DNA of 64,000 bases from a bacterium (lineage in GTDB: Bacteria; Patescibacteriota; Patescibacteriia; JBDRHN01), in the NCBI GenBank assembly GCA_043816765.1, contig JBDRHN010000023.1, forward strand, positions 17,353 to 81,352, read 5' to 3'. A program made the position numbers and the translations under genes. Position 1 is the first letter of the stretch, and the number at the start of each line of letters is the position of its first letter. The notes under the pieces were generated by a model. The model did not search any database. It was given only the letters and a program-made list of their open reading frames with translations, and had not been told where the DNA came from. Shown piece after piece: positions 52,814-60,174 of this stretch.

Positions 52814-54040
52814 ATGCCTTTTGTCAAGAAAAAAAATAAAAAATTTTTCCACGCACTTCTATTGCTCTGCGCTTTTTTAATTCTTCTGCCATCAGCAATA
52901 CTAGCCGAATACAAGACTCCCCTATCCGTATTTGTCCGCGAAGGATGCGGGCATTGCTCCCATGAAGAAGAATTTATAACCGAACTCCAAAACAAACGTT
53001 CTGATTTTGAGGTTTTTTATTATGATATCAATACCGAAACCGGCCGTGAAAAATTTTTAGAAATTACAAAGCTTGAAAATCTGCAACAAGGCACGCCGAT
53101 TGCTTTAGTCGGGAACACAATAGTTCAGGGATTTGGGACAGCTGAAACAACAGGGAAAGAGATTGAAGAATTATTAGATTTAAGTTGCGGAAAACAGACT
53201 TTAAATTTTGAAGAATATTTGTCAAAAGGAGGATCAAAAGGCGGGGTAAAGCCGATTGAAAGCGAGAACCAAGAAGAATGCGACGCCAATTCAAATAAAT
53301 TTTTGGTAGATGTTCCTTTTTACGGAGTCGTAAATTTAAAATCATTTTCACTCCCCATGATTGCCACTATTTTAGGCTTTGTTGATGGGTTCAATCCATG
53401 CGCGATGTGGGTTTTAATAACTTTCTTGCTTGTGCTGATGCAAATTGGCGACAAAAAAAGGATGTGGCAAATCGCGGGACTGTTTATTGCCGCTGAAACA
53501 ATAATGTATTTTTTGATTTTGAATCTATGGTTCACGACATGGAATTTTATCGGACTTGATCGTATTGTTACTCCCATCATAGGGATTGTGGCAATCGGCG
53601 GAGGAATTTTCTTTTTGTGGGAAGCGAAAAAAAATGATGGCACTTGCCATGTTACAAATCCGGAACAGCGGAAAAAAACTCATAATAAAATAAAAGATCT
53701 CGCGGCTCGTCCGATGACTATTGCAACAGCCATCGGCGTTATCGGTCTTGCGCTTTCGGTAAATATTATTGAATTTGCCTGTTCAATAGGAATCCCTCAG
53801 GCTTTTACTAAAATTTTAGAAATCAACCGTTTGTCTTGGGGAGCTAATCAAGGATTAATATTGCTATATACTCTCTTCTATATGATTGATGATATCATTG
53901 TTTTCGGGCTTGCGCTTTGGAGCTTTGAACATCTTCATTTAACTCAAAAATACGCAAGATGGTGCAATATCATCGGCGGGATTTTGATGATAATTTTGGG
54001 ACTTCTCTTAATATTTAATCCGGCGATGTTGAGATTTTGA
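52814..54040 (+). CDS. Glutaredoxin-like CxxC domain + DsbD/CcdA-like TM protein
   Basis: CGHC; DGFNPCAMWVL; IEFACSIGIP. Confidence 0.85.
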   Translation: MPFVKKKNKKFFHALLLLCAFLILLPSAILAEYKTPLSVFVREGCGHCSHEEEFITELQNKRSDFEVFYYDINTETGREKFLEITKLENLQQGTPIALVGNTIVQGFGTAETTGKEIEELLDLSCGKQTLNFEEYLSKGGSKGGVKPIESENQEECDANSNKFLVDVPFYGVVNLKSFSLPMIATILGFVDGFNPCAMWVLITFLLVLMQIGDKKRMWQIAGLFIAAETIMYFLILNLWFTTWNFIGLDRIVTPIIGIVAIGGGIFFLWEAKKNDGTCHVTNPEQRKKTHNKIKDLAARPMTIATAIGVIGLALSVNIIEFACSIGIPQAFTKILEINRLSWGANQGLILLYTLFYMIDDIIVFGLALWSFEHLHLTQKYARWCNIIGGILMIILGLLLIFNPAMLRF

Positions 54041-54047
54041 TTTGTTG

Positions 54048-54157
54048 AATAGCACACAGATGAACACTGACCCTGCGGGCGCAGATTAACACTAATTTTT
54101 TATAATTTTAAATCTGTGTTTATCTGCGCTTTAGTCTGTGTTAATCTGTGTCCTATT
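54048..54157 (-). repeat. Solo inverted copy of the GxxExxY-flanking repeat
   Basis: Reverse complement AATAGGACACAGATTAACACAGACTAAAGCGCAGATAAACACAGAT...GTGTGCTATT aligns to 50632-50739. Confidence 0.9.
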
Positions 54158-54166
54158 TTTTTAATT

Positions 54167-54703
54167 ATGTATTTTGTAAAATTAAAAACCAAAAAAGATA
54201 CTGTTGGTTTTGCTAATCAAATAGCTAATATTTGCAACAATCAAACCCCCCAACCCCCCTTGTCAGGGGGGCTATATGTTGTTGCCCTCATTGGCGAGCT
54301 TGGGGTTGGGAAGACTTTTTTTACGAAAGCTTTGGGAAAGGCGCTTGGGGTTAAAGAAACGATTAAAAGTCCGAGTTTTAATTTGATGAAAGTTTATGAA
54401 ATACCGGGCAGACGAACCGTAGAGACGAGGCAGTGCCTCGTCTCTACACAAATCAAAACGTTAGTTCATGTTGATTGTTATCGTTTGAATAGTGCTGAGG
54501 AGTTAATTGATATTGGGCTTTTGGATTATTTTGGATATAATAATACTCTTATTGTTATTGAGTGGGCTGATAAAATAAAAAAAATCTTGCCGAAAGATGC
54601 AGTTTGGGTAAAATTTAAAATGGGAAAAGATGGGGTGAGAATGGCGGCGGTGAATTTAAAACCAATGTCATTCCAAAAAATTTTTTCCATCAATATTAGT
54701 TAA
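54167..54703 (+). CDS. tsaE: tRNA t6A biosynthesis ATPase TsaE, with repeat-derived insertions
   Basis: GELGVGKT, IKSPSF, HVDCYRL, IEWAD. Confidence 0.93.
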   Translation: MYFVKLKTKKDTVGFANQIANICNNQTPQPPLSGGLYVVALIGELGVGKTFFTKALGKALGVKETIKSPSFNLMKVYEIPGRRTVETRQCLVSTQIKTLVHVDCYRLNSAEELIDIGLLDYFGYNNTLIVIEWADKIKKILPKDAVWVKFKMGKDGVRMAAVNLKPMSFQKIFSINIS

Positions 54704-54911
54704 CGTAAACCAAAATAGAATAATATTACTTTAGTAAAAATCTATATTAATGAGATTAAAAAATTTATTTGGAATCCAGGAGGAATTGCACAAACCCCTG
54801 GATTCCAGATAAATTTTTTCAGTGCATTAATTAATTTTTTGTTAATATTAGATTTTAATCAAAGTAAAAATGTTTGCTTAAGGGCGATGGAAAAAATTTT
54901 CTGGAATGACA
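54666..54911. mobile_element. 246-bp TGTCATTCC...GGAATGACA MITE-like element (copy 2), overlapping the tsaE 3' end
   Basis: Inverted homologue of 32164-32410. Confidence 0.8.
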
Positions 54912-54960
54912 GGCTTTGGTTATTTTTAATTGTTCGTGCCATATTAGAATTTAATAACTT

Positions 54961-55878
54961 ATGTATAACAAATCAAAAACAGAAACAATCGGCATTATTC
55001 TGGTTTTAACTGGTGCGGCATTATGGGGAATGTTCCCTGTGTTTGTTAATAGGGGCGCGAAAATTATTCCGCCGCTAATATTTGCGGCTTGTTCTGCAAT
55101 GATAGCGGCGATTGGGTCTTTTGTGTACTTAATAAAACAAGGAAAATTATTTGAACTTAAAAAAAGAGAATCGTATTTTTCATTAGCAATGATAACACTT
55201 TGCATTGTTGTTATACCATATAGTCTGTTTTTCATCGGCGCGAGCAAAACCTCGGGGGTTAACAGCTCAATGCTTCTTTTGGCTGAAATTATATTTACTC
55301 TTATTTTCACCCCTTTCATTGGTGAAAAAAATACAAAATATAAAATTCTTGGGGCTGGCGGAATTTTTGCTGGAGCGTGTTTTATTATGTATAATGGAAC
55401 ATTTACTTTGAACACTGGCGATATATTGATTATTCTAAGTACTATTACATATCCAATAGGAAATTTTTACGGAAAAAAAGTTTTAAACTTAATTTCCCCG
55501 TCAGTTATTTTGTTTGTTCGTTTTTTCTTTGGCGGATTGTTTATTCTAACATTTTCTTTAATGGCTGAAAGAGGAATAAATATTGGACAGATTATTTATA
55601 ATAACTGGCCTTTATTTATTTTTAACGGTCTTGTTTTGCTTGGCATTTCTAAGATTTTATGGTATGAGTCGTTAAAAAGAATTGATATATCAAAAGCTGT
55701 TTCTTTGGGGATGACCTTTCCGCTATTTAGCTTAATAATCTTGATTGTCTATTTTAATGAAAAAATTTCAGTTTATCAAGGAATTGGGGTTGCAATTATG
55801 ATAATCGGAGTATATTATTCTATTCGGCGGTCATCAGTGGATCCAAAACTAACCAAGTATTCTCCTTGCAAAACCTAA
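54961..55878 (+). CDS. EamA/DMT family transporter
   Basis: About 10 TM segments in two repeats; ALWG, GEK, LWYESLK, FNEKIS. Confidence 0.88.
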   Translation: MYNKSKTETIGIILVLTGAALWGMFPVFVNRGAKIIPPLIFAACSAMIAAIGSFVYLIKQGKLFELKKRESYFSLAMITLCIVVIPYSLFFIGASKTSGVNSSMLLLAEIIFTLIFTPFIGEKNTKYKILGAGGIFAGACFIMYNGTFTLNTGDILIILSTITYPIGNFYGKKVLNLISPSVILFVRFFFGGLFILTFSLMAERGINIGQIIYNNWPLFIFNGLVLLGISKILWYESLKRIDISKAVSLGMTFPLFSLIILIVYFNEKISVYQGIGVAIMIIGVYYSIRRSSVDPKLTKYSPCKT

Positions 55879-55939
55879 AAAAAAGTGTTAAATTATTTGC
55901 AACGTAATTAATGTGTGGAAATTGGATTTTCACGCTTAC

Positions 55940-56012
55940 GCACCAATAACTCAGTGGTGAGAGTGCCACCCTTATAAGGTGGAAGTCGATGGTTCAAATC
56001 CATCTTGGTGCA
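55940..56012 (+). tRNA. tRNA-Ile with TAT (UAU) anticodon
   Basis: GCACCAA/TTGGTGC acceptor, CCACC-CTTATAA-GGTGG anticodon arm, GATGG-TTCAAAT-CCATC T arm, discriminator A. Confidence 0.9.
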
Positions 56013-56093
56013 CAATATTGAACTTCTCTTTATGAAAAACGCCGAGGATTTTGGCGTTGGTTTAGATTATCTAACATTACATCCCCACTGGCA

Positions 56094-56330
56094 ATGTCAG
56101 GCAAAGCTCATTTCGGCAGTATGGCTTTAAGATTATTTATAGAAAAATATCAGCCTTATGCAACTCTGCATGGTCATATTCACGAAACGGTTGATATGTC
56201 TGGAGAATTTAAACAAAAAATCGGCGATACTTTATGTTTGGCGTCGGGCAATAATAATGTTGGCGACAATTTGACGGTGTTGGTTTTTGAGATAGATAAA
56301 ATACAGGACGCGAGAAGAATTATTGTTTAA
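56094..56330 (+). pseudogene. C-terminal fragment of a metallophosphoesterase
   Basis: HFGS..R.FIE..QP..TLHGHIHE; N-terminal motifs absent. Confidence 0.65.
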
Positions 56331-56449
56331 AAATTGTTGCTGAAATTTTGTAAGTTTGGTAGTATTGTATTAAATATTCAAAAAAATCAATAAATTAGAC
56401 GCTAACGCGCGCATTGTCTAGAGGAAAAGCAGGTTTGTGGAAACTTATT

Positions 56450-57496
56450 ATGAAAAAAGATAATCAAAAATCTCAAATTATTATTTATAAAACAGAGGAT
56501 GGGCGGACTAAAATTGATGTTCGCTTTGAGGATGAAACTGTTTGGCTTACGCAAAACACGCTGGCGGAACTTTTTCAGACTACAAAACAAAATATAAGCC
56601 AACATATAAAGAATATCTTTGAAGAGGGCGAACTTAAGCCAAATTCAGTTGTAAAGGATTTCTTGACAACTGCCGCTGACGGTAAAAATTATACAACAAA
56701 CTATTATAATTTAGATCTTATTATTTCTGTCGGCTATCGCGTTAAAAGCGGTATTGCCACAGCTTTTCGCCAGTGGGCGACCGAACATTTAAGAGAATAT
56801 ATTATAAAAGGTTTTGTATTGGATGACGAACGTTTGAAAAATCCCGATTTGCCTTTTGATTATTTTGAAAATTTAACGCGCCGTATTGCGGACATTCGCA
56901 CCTCTGAAAAAAGATTTTATAGAAAAATTACTGATATTTACGCTACCAGCGTTGATTATGATCCGACAGATGAGCAAAGCATTTTATTTTTTCAAACGGT
57001 TCAAAATAAAGTTCACTACGCCGTAACAGGAAATACCGCGGCAGAAATAATCGCAAATAGAGCCGACGGCGACAAGCCGAATGCCGGTCTTACATATTTC
57101 CGCGGGACAAAACCGACAAAAGAAGAGGCGCTGATAGCTAAAAATTATTTAAGCGAACAGGAACTTCTTGTTTTAAATAATATTGTTGAGCAGTATCTTG
57201 TATTTGCCGAAGGGCAAGCGATGCAAAGAATTCCAATGTATATGAAAGATTGGATTGATAAGCTGCATAGTTTTTTGCAGATTAATAATAAGGAAATTCT
57301 AAAAGACGCGGGAAAAATTTCGCATGATTTGGCGGTGGAAATAGCTGAAAAAAAACTTGCGGAGTATAAAAAAATTGAATCAAAAAAAATAGATGGTGAT
57401 TTTGATGTTTTTGCGAATAAGGCGATTAAGCTGGTTGGCGGGAATAAAATTTTGTCAATCTATTTTACAAACCATTTGACAAATATTTTTACATAA
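56450..57496 (+). CDS. RhuM-family (virulence RhuM) protein
   Basis: ETVWLTQ, YNLDLIISVGYRVKS, FRQWAT, IRTSEKRFYRKITDIYATSVDY. Confidence 0.9.
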   Translation: MKKDNQKSQIIIYKTEDGRTKIDVRFEDETVWLTQNTLAELFQTTKQNISQHIKNIFEEGELKPNSVVKDFLTTAADGKNYTTNYYNLDLIISVGYRVKSGIATAFRQWATEHLREYIIKGFVLDDERLKNPDLPFDYFENLTRRIADIRTSEKRFYRKITDIYATSVDYDPTDEQSILFFQTVQNKVHYAVTGNTAAEIIANRADGDKPNAGLTYFRGTKPTKEEALIAKNYLSEQELLVLNNIVEQYLVFAEGQAMQRIPMYMKDWIDKLHSFLQINNKEILKDAGKISHDLAVEIAEKKLAEYKKIESKKIDGDFDVFANKAIKLVGGNKILSIYFTNHLTNIFT

Positions 57497-57499
57497 ATT

Positions 57500-57520
57500 A
57501 TACTACCAATAAGGTAGTAT
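57500..57520. promoter_or_regulatory. Palindromic operator in the promoter region of the HTH-Panacea/RelE operon
   Basis: ATACTACC-AATAA-GGTAGTAT downstream of TTGACA at 57476. Confidence 0.55.
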
Positions 57521-57537
57521 TTTTTATACATTTATAT

Positions 57538-57591
57538 GGGTAGATGGAAGCCCTCGCTTCCACCGGCGCGAGCGAGGGCTCGCGCCTACCC
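57538..57591 (+). ncRNA. Structured leader: two hairpins with complementary loops closed by a basal stem
   Basis: TGGAAGC-CCTC-GCTTCCA and GGCGCGAGC-GAGG-GCTCGCGCC inside GGGTA/TACCC. Confidence 0.55.
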
Positions 57592-57617
57592 GGATAAAAA
57601 TTTCTCTGCAAAAATTT

Positions 57618-58400
57618 ATGCTCTCAAAATTCATCCAACAACAACGAAAAAAGAATAATCTAACCCAAGAATTTTTGGCGACAAAGATTGGGGTGTCCCG
57701 CCCTACATATATGCAGATAGAACAAGGCGGACGGGATTTGACTGTTACAGAAGCGAAGAAGCTCGCGGATATTTTTGGCATCTCATTTGAAGATTTTGTG
57801 CAGGAAAAGGAGGAATCAACTCCTGTTGTTGAAATTCAAAAAAGCAAAATGAAAAAAATAATAAAAAAAGAAGAGATTCGCATTCACGTTCCGCAAGAAA
57901 AAGCGGAAAAATTTGAGCAAACCTTTTTGCATATTTTAGCAAAAATAGGCAGCAAACAAAATATCGGGCAAACTGTGCTTTATAAACTGCTATATTTTAT
58001 TGATTTTGATTATTATGAAAAATACGAAGAGCAATTAATTGGCGCAAAATATATTAAAAACATGTATGGACCAACTCCTCTGATGTTCGCAAAAATTATT
58101 GATAAACTTGAAAGAGAGGGAAAAATAGAAAAGATAAAAAGCAAATTTTACACGCGAGAGCAAACAAAATATCTAATAAATCCATCAAATACTCAAGATG
58201 TTTCTGCTCTCTCATCTCAGGAGCTCGCTCATATTGATTGGGAAATAGATCGGCTTGGCGGTATGACGGCGGTGCAAATTTCAGCATTGTCTCATCTTGA
58301 TACTCCTTGGGTTGTGGCCAAGGAAAAAGAACTGCTAGAGTATGAACATGTATTTTATAGGCCGGATGAAACTTCGGTAAGACAATATGAGGAACTTTGA
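57618..58400 (+). CDS. XRE-HTH + DUF4065 (Panacea/SocA) antitoxin
   Basis: LTQEFLATKIGVSRPTY.QIEQG; LYKLLYFIDF, YGP, SALSH.DTPW. Confidence 0.85.
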   Translation: MLSKFIQQQRKKNNLTQEFLATKIGVSRPTYMQIEQGGRDLTVTEAKKLADIFGISFEDFVQEKEESTPVVEIQKSKMKKIIKKEEIRIHVPQEKAEKFEQTFLHILAKIGSKQNIGQTVLYKLLYFIDFDYYEKYEEQLIGAKYIKNMYGPTPLMFAKIIDKLEREGKIEKIKSKFYTREQTKYLINPSNTQDVSALSSQELAHIDWEIDRLGGMTAVQISALSHLDTPWVVAKEKELLEYEHVFYRPDETSVRQYEEL

Positions 58401-58728
58401 TTCTCTACAAGAATTTGAAAAGGAGTTTAAGCGACTTTTCAAAAAATACAAAACACTGCGTGATGATTTGGAAAAGTTTAAAAATGTGCTCGAAAGTTGC
58501 CCTGCTGGCGTTGGAAAAAATTTTGTTATTATTCATTCAACTGAGACTATAAAAATAGTAAAAGCGCGCATGTCATGCCGCGCGCTTTGCGATAGATCTC
58601 TCCGTGTGATATATGGATATTTTCAACGAGAAGAAAAAATTATTTTCATTGAGATATATTTCAAGGGTGAGAAAGAAAACGAAAACCGCAAAAGAATTAA
58701 AGAGTATTTAAAAAACTCGCTAAACTGA
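58387..58728 (+). CDS. RelE/HigB-like toxin
   Basis: FEKEFKRL.KKY..L.DDL, KAR, LRVIY, IEIYFKG; overlaps the antitoxin stop. Confidence 0.75.
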   Translation: MRNFDSLQEFEKEFKRLFKKYKTLRDDLEKFKNVLESCPAGVGKNFVIIHSTETIKIVKARMSCRALCDRSLRVIYGYFQREEKIIFIEIYFKGEKENENRKRIKEYLKNSLN

Positions 58729-58930
58729 ATTTAACCATTTCACATATTCCCTACTCCCCTCGGCTTCAATTTTAATAACGCACGGAGTTTCATAACTAAT
58801 TAGTTATTGTGTAAAAACTCGTTTTTAACGTAAAATTAAGTTTGGGGCTTTGCTAATGTTAGCATCATTACGCAGAACTAAGCAGAATTTGACGCAGAAA
58901 AACGCAGAAATTACACAGGAACTAATTAGC

Positions 58931-58975
58931 AAAAATGGACAAATTGTCATTCTGATTGACAATTTGTCCATTTTT
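58931..58975. promoter_or_regulatory. 19-bp inverted repeat covering a TTGACA box upstream of the AAA ATPase
   Basis: AAAAATGGACAAATTGTCA-N7-TGACAATTTGTCCATTTTT. Confidence 0.6.
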
Positions 58976-59010
58976 CTATAAACTTAAAATATAATAAATA
59001 ATAAAAAAAT

Positions 59011-60174
59011 ATGTATATAGATAGAACACTGGAGAAAAAAATCAAACAATTAGCTAAAACTTATCCCGTTGTTGCGTTAACCGGACCCAGACAATCTGGA
59101 AAAACAACAATGGTTAAAAAAATATTTTCTGGAAAAAAATATATATCATTGGAAAATTTAGACAACAGAGCCTTTGCCAAAAATGATCCCAGGGGATTTT
59201 TAAAAACTTATAAAAATGGAGCAGTCATAGACGAAGCGCAAAATGTTCCTGAATTATTTTCTTACATTCAGGAAATTGTAGACACAAACAAAAAACCAGG
59301 GGAATTTATTTTGACGGGTTCGCAAAATTTTTTATTGATGGAAAAAATTAATCAAAGTCTGGCGGGCAGAATAGCTATAACCACCCTTCTGCCTCTTAGT
59401 ATGGAAGAAATCAGTAAAAAGACAAAAAAATTACAGCTAAATCAATTAATGCTTAATGGACAATATCCGATTATTTATGAAAAAAAAATAGACGCAAATG
59501 AATGGTATCAAAATTATATTAAAACATATATTGAAAGGGATGTCAGACTAATGAAAAATATAACTGACTTAAATTTATTCCAAAAATTCGTTAAACTATG
59601 CGCGGGGCGAATTGGACAAATTTTGAACCTAACTTCAATCGCAAATGATTGCGGGGTAAGCCATAATGTTATCAGGGGATGGATATCTATCTTGGAAGCA
59701 AGTTATATAATTTTTCTCTTGCACCCCTATTATGAAAATTTTAACAAACGTCTTATCAAAATGCCAAAAATATATTTTTATGACACAGGGCTTGCGGCAT
59801 CATTGCTTGGCATAGAAGATAAAGACAAGTTTGATATTAATCCGTTTAAAGGGGGTCTGTTTGAATCATTTGTTATTTCAGAAATTATGAAAAAAGAATA
59901 TAACAAAGGCAGAACTCCAAACATATATTTTTGGAGGGATAAAACCGGGCATGAAATAGATTGTTTATATGAAAATAAAAGAAAAAAATACGCGATAGAA
60001 ATAAAATCAGCGAAAACGATAAACAGTGATTTTTTTGACAACTTAAATTATCTGCAAAAAATTTCAAAAAATAATTTTACGAATTCTGTTTTAATTTACG
60101 GTGGAAACGAAAAACAGAACAGAAATGACGCAACTGTCTTGGGCTGGAACAACTTTGTTTCCAAATTGAATTAG
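59011..60174 (+). CDS. AAA+ ATPase with DUF4143 and PD-(D/E)XK-like tail
   Basis: GPRQSGKT, IDEAQ, TGSQ, SLAGR, KIYFYDTGL, EIDC..AIEIKS. Confidence 0.88.
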   Translation: MYIDRTLEKKIKQLAKTYPVVALTGPRQSGKTTMVKKIFSGKKYISLENLDNRAFAKNDPRGFLKTYKNGAVIDEAQNVPELFSYIQEIVDTNKKPGEFILTGSQNFLLMEKINQSLAGRIAITTLLPLSMEEISKKTKKLQLNQLMLNGQYPIIYEKKIDANEWYQNYIKTYIERDVRLMKNITDLNLFQKFVKLCAGRIGQILNLTSIANDCGVSHNVIRGWISILEASYIIFLLHPYYENFNKRLIKMPKIYFYDTGLAASLLGIEDKDKFDINPFKGGLFESFVISEIMKKEYNKGRTPNIYFWRDKTGHEIDCLYENKRKKYAIEIKSAKTINSDFFDNLNYLQKISKNNFTNSVLIYGGNEKQNRNDATVLGWNNFVSKLN

